A stretch of 64,000 nt of DNA from Podarcis liolepis (lineage: Eukaryota): NCBI GenBank assembly GCA_965112155.1, contig OZ218102.1; one strand, 5' to 3'. Each line of letters starts with the position of its first letter. Position 1 is the stretch's first letter. The notes beneath the pieces were generated by a model, which was not told where the DNA came from, searched no databases, and saw only the letters and a list, made by a program, of their open reading frames with translations. Shown here one piece after another: positions 48,988 to 62,625 of the stretch. The translations under genes and the position numbers were made by a program.

Positions 48988-51687
48988 CTGCACCGGAAAT
49001 ACACAATGAGAAAGAAGAATCAGCTTGTTGAAAATTGTTCAATCTACAGCATTCAGCAGTGAGGGTACAGGAATCCTACTGCCTTAATGGGAAATGAGGA
49101 TGGAAGAGGAATCTGCCGAACTTGGAGGAGCTCTGCCAAGTAGATCTATAAAAATGTGCTGCCTAGAACCTTGAAGATGCTCTCTACAGGTGCAATCTAT
49201 GCACTACACAACAGAGAATGGGGCGGTGCAGTGGGATGAATAAATGTTGATGTGCTGCAAGGTCACTTCTGAATAGTTTTGTCAGCAATCCTGCTGTTGC
49301 TAGAACAGGCTGCCTCCTCTGAAAACAGGCTCCTTCCGTGATTCTGTTTGTCAGGTTTACTGGCAGTGAGGAAAAAATCACCAGCAGTAACAGCTATCTA
49401 CAGATTCAATTGGCCATTTTCTTGCATATGTGCCGAGGTTGCGATGGGAATAATAAGTGTTTGAAAGCGTAGACCTCAAGCACAGAGATCAGACCCAGGA
49501 GGAAGAATAATTCACTCCCAAATGCAACTAGCCACTAGGGACTGAGCATAATAGAATAATACACCCTCTGCCAGACAGTTAAATAGAAAGCTATCACCAC
49601 AGCTCCATGAATCAGAACTCTGTCCTCTTGCCAACTGTACAGATTCAAGTCATCTGCAATTAACCACAGAAAGAAGGTGAAGTGTACTTGAAAGGGAAGG
49701 AGGCTCTGAACAGAGCTGTCTTCTGAATGTGTGCTTCAAGGGAGTGCGTACAAGGTTCTCACCTGTTTAGCTTCTTCTTACCATGACACATTGAAAAAGC
49801 TACCATGATCTTATTTTTAAATGCCTGAAGAGACAGTGAGAATGCAAGAGTTTGCACACACAAGTTCTCAACACTGGGTTTTTTAAAATTAAAAAAGGCA
49901 TATTAAGTTTAGCATCAATTACTTTCCTTCCATATTTAAATGGTTGTCTGTTCCTGGGTATTGACCTGAAGTCTCTGACATCATTTCTGGGTGGGCTTTC
50001 TTGCTGTTGTGCAACACATTAAGTCACATCAGCCTCCTCCTGCTGCACATTAAATTCTGTTGCTTATGGGCATTCTCACTAGTGACCGCCCCCAACTGTC
50101 TGTGAAATGTTCTCCCCAGGGAAATGCACCTGGTACCATCATTATTACTCAGGCCGCTGCTAATCGTTGGCTCCTATGGTGATGGTCACCTTTAGCGGGG
50201 TGGATAAATGCTGTAAGTATTTTGGATTTCATTGTTTTAAATTTTCTGGTTTTAATTGTTTTATCTGTGGTCTGCTATCTTGTTAAGTTGCTTTGAGACT
50301 TTCTTTTGTGTAAATCAGCTAACAAATATAAGTAATAACAACAACCCCAGCAGCAAACAGAGGCGTGTATTCCAAGCCTCTCAGGGAAAAAACCTCAGAA
50401 AGAGACAAAGCCTAATTGTCCCTGTTGGATTGGCACAGCTTTTAAACAGATCACCTCACTTTCTGAAGATGTGTAAGCGTGAATTTGTGGGCAGAGATGG
50501 CACACAAAAATACCTGTTAGGAGCTTTGCAAAAAGAGAGGTCCAGCAGGCAGGGGAATAACTGTAATGGTTTTTAAGCCAAGAACACGGCAGGGAGCAGT
50601 TCTTCCACAAATCTCAGTTCCCCATTCTTACACTCTGTTGAGGACCAGTATTTATACCCTGGCATTTGCAGTGGTTTTGCCTGAACTGTCTTCTCTTTCC
50701 ACAAGTGACAAATGCAGTTTAGAATTTATGTAATTTGAAGATCTAGGCTGAAGCCACTCACAGCAGGAACAGAGCTGGCTCCTTTGATAAATCTGCTTTG
50801 TTCTTCATTCAGATAAACCCTGCTCCAGATTTCTCTGCAGCTTGTTTCCCCCCCAGAAGTAGCAGCTACCACCCTGCTACTGCCTGCCGTATCTTAGGGA
50901 TGCAAGATGTGGGTGGTACAGTGAGGTCAATCCCTGAACAAGCCGCAACTTGTGGCAACAGTCTTGCACATTACCAATTTCTCTGCATCTCAGTAAGTAG
51001 GAACAACACTTGAGTTGCAAATGACAATCTGCAATACAGGAGGCTGTCTAAGTGAGCATCACATTACAGTTGCTATGGAGCAAATGAAGGGTGTCAGTCC
51101 AAGAATTTTTAGGAACAGGCTGGTTTTGTCCACTTGGTGGAAATCCTCACTACTGTCAAAGATTTAGACATGTTGTTCTCATGAACCAAGAGGCCATGAT
51201 GTTCTCTGCAAAAATGAATTGTTTCCCAATCATTCCAAAAGACAGATTTTTGTCCATGTATAGAAGAAACATGGATCTTATTAAGCAACTTGTGAGAATT
51301 TAAGCTCTTGTGCTTGTATGGTCAAATACAGTTTTGCAAACAAGAAGATCAGGTAACTATTGCAACTAAGCCATGTTGTTGTTCCTGGAACTACAGTCAG
51401 AGATGCTGATCTGAGGCAGGTACTAGACCTCTTGCACAGTGAGTTAAAAAACAAACAAACATCTATCCCAGCCACATTGGTATCCTATTAATATGGAAGG
51501 CAGAGACAGCATCCAAAACACATCACCAGTATGATAATTGAATGAACTTCTTGAACTATCACGGGAACATAGAGGTGCAAAAAGGCTGTTTCTGATGGAA
51601 TAAAATCCTACTGAATTACTGAGAGACTTTATATTTTATAGTGTTAGAATACATTTCCTGATAAATCAGTATTGGCTTTCCTAATAT

Positions 51688-52162
51688 AAACATCACATGG
51701 CAGGACAGAGTCTCAAACAAAGATGTGCTCTTCTAAGCCAACATTCTCAGCATGTTCACGCTTCTGTCTCAGTGACATCTACACTGGCTTGGTCTTGGAC
51801 ACAGAATGGAAGATGGCAGGATCCCCAAGGAGCTGGCTCCAGGCTCCAGGCCTGCTGGCAGATCATGTTATAAAGATGTCTGCAAACATGATATGAAGGC
51901 TGGCAACATTAAAACTGCAATGTGTGGAGACAGCAGTGACAAGAGGAGAAATGACCGCTAGGAGGACCACAGAGAGAAGAAACACCATAGCACACATGCA
52001 TCAGCAGAAGCGGACACCTTCATCTGCCCCAGCTGCATCAAAACATGTCTCTTTCATATTGGTCTCTACAGCTACAGCAGGTGCTGTAACTCTCCAACAA
52101 TTTGACTTACCCCTAATGGCACATTCTTCCATTGTTTATCGAGACAGATGGATGTCAAGAAT
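51688..52162 (+). mobile_element. RTE-clade LINE 3' fragment
   Basis: Frameshifted remnants ITWQDRVSNKDVL, SMFTLLSQ..LHWLG..HRMEDGRIPKE, YKDVCKHDMKAGNI, and a terminal C2H2-like FICPSC..TCL..IGLYSYSRC. Confidence 0.8.
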
Positions 52163-54004
52163 ATCAAAAGATGGTGTTTGGGGCATGTGTGCTATGAATG
52201 TGCCTGATTTGGGTAATTGGCAATAAAAAAAATCAGATTATTACATTCTGCATATCAGGAACACTTCTATATAAAACGTCACAGGTTTTAATCATGCTAT
52301 GCACCCATCAAGGGTACTTCAGGGTGGGGCTATAGTCTAAATGCTATGCATATAGTCTAAATGCTGTGCACATGTAAAGATAGCCTGTTTGTTGCAACAT
52401 TTGAAAATGATGTTCCTTATGAGGAGGAAACCTATCAGATTCTCGCTTTAAGAAGGAACTTGTAACCATTTTCACACAGGTATGTATTGTTGAAGATTAG
52501 ATCTATCTTTCACCATGTTATCACTGAATAGGCCTTCACTCCATGACCTCTCTTATAGGTTTAGTAACAAGAAAAAATAAACGCCCCACGGCAAGGAAAT
52601 AATTGTAGCTCTGGGGACTGTGGAACTGAATATATGGGAAATCGAAAAGTGTTAAGATTTTAATAGCTACCTTGGAAACAAGGAAGGTTGTGCAATTAGT
52701 GCCCCTATTTTGCTTTTCCCCTAATTTGAGCACACAAAGGGGGTCATACGAACTCGCAGTAATATCTGTCATGAGGTTATTTCAGAAACAGCTGAGAAGA
52801 TAGGCCAAAGATGCAATTGCTTTAGTTTCTTTTGAAAGTGGCAACCTATATTATCCCTGTAACAGAAAGCTGATGGAAGTTATAGTCCAAAACACATCTG
52901 GCACACACCAGGTTGGGGAAGACCATCCTAACCAAAGCCCTTTCAAAGCAAAATATAATGAACTGCTAGACCTGCAGTGTTTACCTTCCAGAATACAGCT
53001 AGATGGGACAGATCAGCCCAATGTTTAATTTAAACAGCTATTTCCTATGCATTCTTCCAAAACAAATAAAGTTAATTAAGCACTGTATGTCACAAAAATG
53101 GTACTACACTTAACATGCCAATCCATTATCCAAAAGCATGTCTCTGGAAACTATTAGCTGCTAATATAATTTCTTCCTGTAATTGAAAGACTTATCACTT
53201 TAACTGGAAAGAAGTGACTGCATCTGTACATAAAACAACAGATAATTGACAAATTTTACAAGAGTGTTCTAATTAATACAGAAAAAGCTGAAAAATTGTA
53301 TCAGTCTGCAGACAGCATCTTAAGAATTTGCTGATGCAGCTGAAGTCTCTGCTGGAATTAATTCCTAGAAGCAGCAAAGACAAAGTATGTAACTAAATAA
53401 TTAGATGTTAAATAAAAACAAAACACTCAGCACATTTTGTAACTGTTTCTAGATTTCTAGACTGTGACTGGACCACCCACAATATTCATCTGAGATCCAT
53501 TAACAGTGTTCAGCTCAATTCCACCAAAATCCCAATTCCTCACTCAAGTAATTATTTACTAAATTAAATTTGCATACTTTCTGAACTATTGTGTAATTTA
53601 CTGCAACACTTAGTCTTTCATAGTGTGCTGAACATTTAGGTGAGGCCTTGGGGAAGCGAGAAAGCAAGGTAAAAGGTAATATATAACTGCACAAATGACA
53701 AGGGAAGGGAATTGTGCATAAACACTACTCCTGACCAAGAGAAGCTTTGTCCAAGTTTCCATGGTTTCTACTTTTTAAAAAAATCCCTCCCCCAACTTAT
53801 TTTCAATTCAGCCTAATGTTCCTTAGAGCACTCAACACATTAAGAAACATCGTGTTATCTCAGCAAATGAAGAAGTAGTGAATGTATCTGAATCTAGTTT
53901 CATTTAAGGTATTTATTAAGGAACATACATTAGAACCATTACATGAATGGCCCTTCACAGTTATGGCTAGTGTACAGTGTCCATTCCTAGAAATTTCAGA
54001 TCTG

Positions 54005-54652
54005 GCCATATGACACATGTCTTGGTTACATTTCATCTGGACTACTGTATTTTCACTCTGTGTAGGGTTGCCTATGTAGAGTGCTTCAAAACTTCAGCTG
54101 GTTCAGAATGCTGCAGGCAAGATGCTAACCGGGGCTGGTTATAGGCAGTATGTGACTTTCTTCATACAACATCTTCACTGGCCAACAGTCTATTTCCAAG
54201 TGCAATTCAAACTGCTGGTGATGCTCAACAATGCCTTAAACAGCTTTGGTTGAGGGGACCCTAAGGACCACTTTTTCCCATACAAACGTGCCTGGGTTTT
54301 AAGATCTATAGAAGAGGCTCCTCTCTCTGTCCTGCCACCATTCATTTGGTGGAACTTGAAAAGGGTCCTTCTTAGTGGCTGCACAGGCCCTGGAACTCCC
54401 TTCTTGGGAAGCCTTATTTCTCTAGCGATCTTTTGACAAGTGAACACCTTTCTAATTAGGCTTTTGGCCAGTTCCACTGATCTGTTTCATCTACTGCCTG
54501 CCTTTTGTTAAATAGCCACTGCTTTATTGATCTGTTTTTTACTTGTTCTATAAACAGCTGAGTATTTTGTGCAATTACTTTATTTTGCATTGTATCTCAT
54601 TTGTTGTTGTTATCTTGAACACCATTGTGTGGAAAGGCGGAATAGAAATTTA
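54005..54652 (+). mobile_element. L2-clade LINE 3' fragment
   Basis: HVLVTFHLDYC...LQLVQNAAGKMLTG...HLHWPTVYFQVQFKLLV remnants plus an L2 tail. Confidence 0.8.
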
Positions 54653-54828
54653 AAGCAGTAGCCCTGGACTAAAACCAGCATCCACAATAGTTACATAGTT
54701 AGCGCCTGATCAATCGAAGTGCCCTACTCCGTTTTATTGTAGAGGCATAGAACACACAATGCCAGAATTTGAAGCAGGAGACCACTTTTCCACAGACAAA
54801 TATGCTGAGCTGTAGACAGAATGGCTAA

Positions 54829-55028
54829 NNNNNNNNNNNNNNNNNNNNNNNNNNNNNNNNNNNNNNNNNNNNNNNNNNNNNNNNNNNNNNNNNNNNNNNN
54901 NNNNNNNNNNNNNNNNNNNNNNNNNNNNNNNNNNNNNNNNNNNNNNNNNNNNNNNNNNNNNNNNNNNNNNNNNNNNNNNNNNNNNNNNNNNNNNNNNNNN
55001 NNNNNNNNNNNNNNNNNNNNNNNNNNNN
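54829..55028. other. Assembly gap (200 N)
   Basis: Run of exactly 200 N, a fixed-size scaffolding placeholder. Confidence 0.99.
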
Positions 55029-55499
55029 TCTACATGGTATTTGGGGAAGACAGGTTACTGTCCTGGAGTCCAGCTCCTCCCTCAGGCAGGCCTAGCAAGT
55101 ATGCTGTTAAAAATGGTCTTAGGTTCTCACTCTGTGTGGGTGTGTGGGTGTGTGTACCATTCTGGCAACAGTAAAGTAGCTGGAGCCCTTTAAAGAGGAT
55201 ACACAACTGAACCTGACAAGACATTCTCTTCCCAGACAAATTTGGCTCTCTATTGTTTACTGTATTCATTCATTAGTTCAGCTGGAAGGAACACATATGA
55301 ATTAAGTGTTCATAGCTTTTAAAAACATCCCTCAGTAGCCAAAGTCAATGATTTGCATTAACCAAGGGCATACTTTCAAAAATAAACCAAATATTTGCCA
55401 ACTTCAAAATTGTTCAAAACAAAATTGCACTGCCACCTGGGCCTAGTTTGCATTTTCAATGCAACAAAGAATTTCTGGTGACCGATAAAATTCATGGGA

Positions 55500-55890
55500 A
55501 TTTTGTTGTAGTAATGGGTGGCTTCAATTATCCCCAAATAAAATGGCTGCATATGCGTTCCACCTATGACAAAAGGTAAAATGTCTAGACTCCCTAAATG
55601 ACTGTGCTGTAGAACAGTTGGCCATCAACATGGATGGCTTTAAAATAGGATTATCATGGAGAAGAAGGCTGTCAATGCTACTAGCCATGATGGCTATGCT
55701 CTGCCTCCATGGTTGGAAGCAGTATGCTTCTGAATATCAATTGCTGGAATCCACAAAAGAGGCAAGTGCTTTTGTGCTCGGGTACTATTTGCTGATTTCC
55801 CAACCAGCATCTGGTTGGTCAATGTGATGACTGGATGCTGGACTTGATGGGCCATTGGCCTGATCCAACAAATGCTTCTTGTGTTCTTAA
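55500..55890 (+). mobile_element. CR1 LINE: endonuclease fragment joined directly to the 3' end
   Basis: VVVMGGFNYPQIKW (degenerate GDFN APE motif)...LDSLNDCAVEQL, then immediately AINMDGFKIGL... (ORF2 C-terminus), 3' UTR and ttcttgtgttctta tail. Confidence 0.75.
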
Positions 55891-58800
55891 GATTTCGTGT
55901 CCATTTCCAGATTCTTTCAAATGAAGGTGATCCACAGCTGCTCACCATCAACTCTACTCGTCGCTGAAGCAGGGGCAAGAGCTTGTCTGACATCATCCTG
56001 AACTTTGGGTTGTGCAGCAAGTGCCTCCAAAGAATAACTTGATAGCAGAGGCAAACCTCTGCCCTTCTCCCAAGCTCAGAGCTAGAGAGGGAATTGGGGC
56101 TCATACTCACCAGAGAGAGAGCCAACTCCCATGATAAGTGAATTTGGATAGCGTTCTATTACATGAAATTCTGAGGCTAACAAGAATATACTCCTAAATG
56201 GCAAGTAAATGGCTTTGACAGAATTAGAACAATATTGTCCTTTTCTTCTTGATCCCTCCTCTCTGATGGAAAAGAATAACACCTTGGGAGAATTATCAGA
56301 GACAGAATTAGAGTAAAACTGTCCTATTTGTTCCTCTAGTGGAGAGGAACAACACGTTAGGAGTTTTAGGGTATTTCTTACATTTTTGAACAAACGGGAT
56401 CTTGCAACCAAAGGATACATAGCATTAATAGAAATGGGTGGGTGGGGTGGAACAGGCACTCTCATCTTTGACTGAAGTGCACATAACTTAATGGAACACC
56501 AGAATCTTGTTGATACTTCCTATTTTACATTTTCTTTCATGGGAATGTTCTTAACCAAATCATAAATGTGACCAACACCATATTGTAGGGCTTTTGGATA
56601 CAGAGATTAGGACTCAGGCTCTTCATCCTCCAAAAAGGGATGCAGTATGTCCTCTTCCAGTCAGATGCAAGGCAAGGCAGGAGCTGCAGAACCATGGATA
56701 GCTCTGAGCAAGCAACTTACTCATTCAACAAAGGTTGAGAGCAGAATTGAGCCTTCTTTAGTCTCTGCTACCCAGACTGCCTTTCCCAGGCTCCTTGCCT
56801 TTGTGGATAACTTTAGATTTTAAAGGGTCAATCCTCTGCCTGGAAGACAGGCACTCTTCCTCTGTTCCATAGCCTCCTGCCTATGTTCCTCCCTGTGCTG
56901 CTATTGTGAGAGGCATTTTGTTCCTCAGGCTCAGGGGGAAGGCTCCCATTAGGGTCTTGGTCCTATAGATCCTGGTGGTGTGAGAGATTGTTCTGGGTGC
57001 TCCTGTCAGTCAGCCTCAGTGGTCTTCCAATCTCCAGCAGCAGGCTCAGAGCCCTGAATGTGGTTCAGCTCCTTAGCTGCAGCCTCAGAGTCTGGTTTGC
57101 TGCTAGACTCTGGAGTCATGACACAGCCAGGACCCCAAGGCCAACACAGCTGTAAATCTGGGGAGAAAATCATCTTTCATTTGCTTTACTGCACAGTAGA
57201 CGACATTATTGTTGCAATAATCCAAGAGGCTAACAAATCACTTCTCCACACAGCCAAGATTGAGGACACAGTAAAATGGTCTAGCAGTAGTTCAAAGTTA
57301 CCAACTAGATCAGGCCTTGTGCTGTGCACTGTTCAAGACCGTAGTGGGGGCAGGGACCACAGTCTGACTTGGGCAGAGTTTCAGTGAAGAGGAAAAATGA
57401 TGTGGTTGGAGGTGGAGAGGAGAGTACAAAACCCACAGTTCCTCCACCTAGGTTTACTCTCAGATTTTGCAAAGATGCAAGCATGTATTAGCAACGGCAG
57501 TAATTTCCCGCTGGCTCCCAGCCTGGCCATTAAATGGGCTGAATTTAAAAGTGTTTTAGCAGCACGACACCCATTCAAGTCAATGAGAATCACGTGGCTA
57601 CAATTCACTAGGGAAAATACCATTTATGCTGCTTGCACTCCTTTTGCTTATTCAATCCAGGCACATTAGCACTTCTCTCAAACTGCCCCCCTCCAATTCT
57701 CAAGAATTATTGTTCTTTTAAACAAACACTATTGTTTCTTTATTCCCTATCATTCCAAAGCAGCACCAGTCCTTTCTTCGAAGTTGCTACAGCAAAATTA
57801 GTGTTATAACCCATAGTAAGGTTAGTTCTAGATCACGAGTACTACTACCATGATTTGTGTAACAGGTCACTGAGGCTGGGCACCCAGATAAATTGCTTCT
57901 TAGGACTACAACTGACAAAAAGGGGGCACAATAACATCATGGGGCAAACTGCAGTTGGGAAGTGGGAAGGCAAAGCTCAAACAGGCAATGGTGATCAGAA
58001 GGAAGGATCACTGGCGCAGGTGCAGGGAAGGGTGAGATAGCTCTCACACCAGAGGATATCACCTCCAACAGAACCTACTCCTGTTGCTTAAAAAAATGTA
58101 AGCTTCCATAGAGCAAAACTGAAAAAGGTCTATGTTATATATTGAGATGCTTTGTTTAATCAAAAAGCCAATACACTTTTCCTTTTTATTTAACTGAACT
58201 TATCTCCCCCACTTCCACGGCAAAATGCAGATAATCTTGCCTACAGAATCCATAATAGTTACCACTTCCCTCTTTTATGCAATGCACTGGGTGGGGGGAG
58301 TAGGGGCACAGGTGCAACCCAGGGAGTTAATGTCTGAAGCAGAAGAGAACCAACAGTTGGTTTGTTTTTGTTGTTAATCACAGCGGGGATGATCCTCAGG
58401 CTTTTGAACAAGTTCCAGCTCCGGTAATTCAATCCCGATTCCCTAAAGTGCACCCTGCAGATTTAATCAGGGGAGCAATTCGTTGCTGTACCCTTCATGA
58501 TACCACTGCGAATGCAAAACATCTGCCAAACTCCACCCTAGAGGCTGCTGCAGGTCCAGGCAAGGCAGCTGACTTCTCTGTGCTGGGCACGCACATATAA
58601 GCCTGATAGATTTCTTCTGGAAGAAATTGCCTTTACAAAACAAAGAGCCAGTATTAACCTTTGTCCCTACAGTGCAATCAAAAAGCTTTTAGAGACTTGG
58701 GAGCTGCAGACCCACTGTTGGGAATGGGCAGACAAGTCCCAGATCTCTGTGGGGTAATGTGAGGAAGCACATCTCTCAGAGGATGGGGGAGGGGCAGCTC

Positions 58801-59911
58801 AGAGGACTCCCAATGAGAGGGGAGAGGAGAGGAGACCGAGGGAACACTCCACAAGTGAGCGTGTTCGAGAAAGGGTGAGAGGGTGCCAGCTCTGCAGGCA
58901 AGGGTGACATAACTGGGCTCCTGCAGAAAGAATGTAGTTGGTCAAGGGCGCCATGGACTCAAAAAGGTTGAAAACCTCCGATCTAGGCATATGGTTCCCC
59001 ATCAAGGATGAGGGAATGAGTAGAACTGTAAGCCCTGATAGTGAGGTAGGCTTTGGAAAAGATAACCCTTCATAGCCATGAGCAAACATATATGATATGG
59101 CTAGTCTCATCATTGCAACCTTTAGTAAGTACAACTCAGAAGATAAGGGGAGAAAGTGCCAGTCAGGTTTTCCAAGGGTGTAAAAAGCACTGCCCCCCCA
59201 ACAAAAAAAGTTCTCAAGCAATGCTTAAGGCAGGAGAGACTAGTACTATGCATAACTATTAGACTAAGAATTTACAGCTAATACCCCAAAATCCACTTCT
59301 TCAATATCCCCCACCAAGTAGTGCACAAATCCAACAAGCCAAACAATGTCTGCTAAGGCTTCGGTGTGGACTCTGTAGGGGCTACTAAAGAAATGCTGGG
59401 TGGATCTTAAACAAGCCATTCTGTTTAAGATTTTGGAAAGTGGTTACATCAGTCTCTCATGGGTATAAAGAAAACTCTGCCCTCCTCTCTACAAAGAGGC
59501 AGAGAATCAATAGGATTCCAAGTATACAATAAAAATGAGGGCAATCCTCTTTTATAGTGCCAGTCTTGGTGTCCAAATATCTGCCTTAAAAATAGACAGA
59601 GAGAAGAATTGTGCAGTTCTCCAGACTGCAGCCCAATATACTGATGTTACAGTATTTACAGCCCTGAGTAACCTTATTTACATCCTGTATGTATATCCAT
59701 GGGGAACCTCTGGCTGGAGTTGATGGAAGCTGCAGACCAACATATGGAAGGCCAGAGGTTGCCCACCACCCCTGGCCTAAATGAAAAAAGAAAAGCAGCG
59801 CATTCAAATCATTTAAGATTTTCTTATCAGTGAAAGAAGCATTTCATAGAAAACATTTAGGAATTCTGGCCTGTACTGCCAACCAAATGTGTTACATGTG
59901 AGCCTAAAGAA

Positions 59912-60217
59912 TGCTCAAGGCTCAGTAGTACAGTGTCTCCTTAGTATGCAGAACCTGGTCTTCCAGGTTCAATTCCTGGTGTCTCCAGAAACAGGTGGGA
60001 AAGACTCCCTTTCCTGGAGAACTACTACCAGTTGGTACAGACAAGGATTGGGAAACCTCTGGCCCTCTAAATCCCATCAGCCCCAGCGAGCATGGCTCAA
60101 GGATTACTGGAACTGTAGCCCTGCAAAATCTTGAGGGCCACAGATTTACCATCATTGGTGCAGGGAATACATGAGCTCAATGGCCTGATTCAATATAAAG
60201 CAGTTTCCTATATTCCT
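59912..60217 (+). mobile_element. tRNA-derived CR1-tailed SINE interrupted by a hAT MITE (60042-60157)
   Basis: Head gctcagtagtacag...ccaggttcaattcctgg and tail gcagtttcctatattcct. The MITE is flanked by a degenerate 8-bp TSD ggtacaga/ggtgcagg. Confidence 0.65.
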
Positions 60218-61179
60218 GAAAGGGCCATCATTCTTTCTGCCTAACAATTCTCATGCAAGAATTAAAGTTACAGAGCTATAGCAAGGCACCAGGCATATGA
60301 GAAGCCATTAGCTCAGATTTAATAAAAAATAAAAAAAGGTTCAGGGAAGTGGCCAAGCACTAAGAACTGATCATTAAAAGGAAAGGTGAATCTGACCTGG
60401 TGGTGTGAAAACAGTACAATTTAAAAGTTGCTGGAAAGGCAAAGGGACAGGACAAAAAGCCCACCCTTCACACACGGAGAAATGAGATTTGATTTATTCC
60501 GTGACTCTGAGGTTTGTTCAATTTCCATTGTGAATTTCCACTGCATAAATTCAAGGGCTTGCAAAAAGTCCCTGTTAGAAGCTGTCCAGAGCAATTGAAG
60601 GTGATGTGCACAATGATCTATGAACAGGCAGATTTCAAAGCCTCACTGAGGTATTTTAGCATATTTTTGCATATATGTTCAGCACACCAACCCTTTAGGA
60701 ACATGTTGGGCATTAATTTACAAAATGCAATTAGATGCAGTACATACACAACTCCTTACCGTCAATGATTTATCAATTTAGTTAGCTCCCTTCACTTCAT
60801 CTGGTTAATTTCCTCTGATTACATAGCATTGCGTACAGAGACAAGCCTGTATTTCCTAAGTTTTAGAAGGATTAGATGACATTCAGAAATCATTTGCAAA
60901 AAGAACACAGAGGCTGCACAGCAGGGATTAATATGTTAGCTGCTTTTTCCTGTTTTAAAATCGCTCATTTGCCCCAAGTCAAATAGTTCTCTCTATTATT
61001 TTCTTGTCTTTATTTTCCTATTGCTTGGTTCCCTGCTCCTAATGGACTTGCCCCATTATCCCTTCTCAGCAGAATCATGTCTAGGTTGTATTCAACATAG
61101 TGCTAAAGTGAAAACTCCATCAGCACAAAGATTTCTGCTTGAGCAATAGAAGATTCTCTCCCTCTTCTCCCCCTGCATG

Positions 61180-61428
61180 CAGAGCCTTAGCTAGGTGATC
61201 TTGCGCCCCTGGCAGAACCGTCCAGATTGCATCCCCTAGCCATGGACAAATTAGCTCTTCTTTCTGCCTTTCCTACAACCCCCTCCCTCCACCCATTTAA
61301 TTCACCCTCTATTTAAAACAATTTCTTATGAGGCAATACTCAATATTTATATTTATGGACATATTTTTAAGCTGATTTTGTGCGCCCCTGGCGGGGGCCC
61401 ACCTCACCACTCCCTAGCTACAGCCCTG
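61180..61428. mobile_element. hAT MITE (249 bp) nested in a larger palindromic repeat (~61084-61592)
   Basis: TIRs CAGAGCCTTAGCTAGG / CCTAGCTACAGCCCTG (13/16). Perfect 8-bp TSD CCTGCATG at 61172-61179 and 61429-61436. Confidence 0.85.
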
Positions 61429-62625
61429 CCTGCATGCCCCCTACATTTGTTCTAGGAGTTCCCTCAGCCCTCTGGAGTAGTTTAGAGGAGGGCACAGAAC
61501 AGAACAGGAACAAGGGGAAGAGAGGGGAGGAAGTCCTAGTGTGCAAGCAGAAATCCTTGCATTGACTGCATGTAGTAGCCAAAATACCACCCTCTGGTGA
61601 TTTTGCCTACAGAGAGATAATACCCATAAAGGAAAAGCTGAGTATATCATTACTTATTTTGAAAGTCTGACACAAGTATTAATGTTGCTGTGAATATATG
61701 ATTTGGGAAGTTGACATGCAGAAGGAGACTTCCTCTTCTAAATTATTGTTTCTATACAAAACCCAGTATTTTAGCCTAACAAAGTCTTGAATCCTAGGAC
61801 ATCCGAGCAGTGATGTCTTCATCTAGCATTTAATTTCTTTTAGTAATACAGAGTGTAATTCAGAATCAATCCAGTCAACAATTTTATTAACCTACTTCCA
61901 CAGCAGAGCAGCACTAGTCAGACAGTCCAGGTGGGAAAGGGACAGGCTTAGAAGAATCAAGCGCTCACAACAATGTTAACCCACTCTAAATGCCCAGACA
62001 GTTGAGAATTACAGGTGTTGTCATTGTGAATGGCACCTCTGAAGTCGTGCTGGACAGACATCAGCATAGCTTCATGCTTTCAAAGATTCCACAACTATCT
62101 TTGAAAGACTGGCTTCAACATGTAGGGAGTCTATGATTGCTTTTGCCTCTTCATGGCTGAAGTGCTAGAGGCAACCCCCAATGCTGATGGGATGGGGAGG
62201 AAGTGTGCTGGCATCATGCCTGTTGCCCTGCCCCCACTCCCAACTTGATAGATGAAAAATGCAGTGAGAATTCACACCTCTTCCTCAGTGAACAGCAAGG
62301 GGCCAGGAGGAAGGAGGAGAGATCATGGTTCTTTGCCTTCTTTTCCTTTTGTGAAGTACAGAGGAAAAAGATTTCTGGAATGAAACACGTGTCTGGTCCG
62401 TCGCTTCTGTCTTCTGACCTCAGAGGGGAGGAAAAAGGATGGTTCTCACTTCTCTCCTTCTCAACCATTTTAAACAATAGCCAAGAGTAACTTCTTCAGC
62501 CCATTAGGTTAGGTTTAAAACTTTCACTGCTGTAGACAATGCTGAACTGTTTAGTGTTTGGCCACTGTCAAAGGGTTGAGAAAATGATGATGCAACAAGT
62601 AGAAGTATTAGAAGGAGATCCTGTA

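Noticed and set aside
54821-55174. ORF spanning X residues
   Set aside because: Artefact of the N gap.
56560-57123. Possible Gypsy-like solo LTR (ends ...TCATGACA), with similar-looking tracts at ~55-900 and ~31827-32140
   Set aside because: Could not define both TG...CA termini or a TSD. Needs a repeat-library search.
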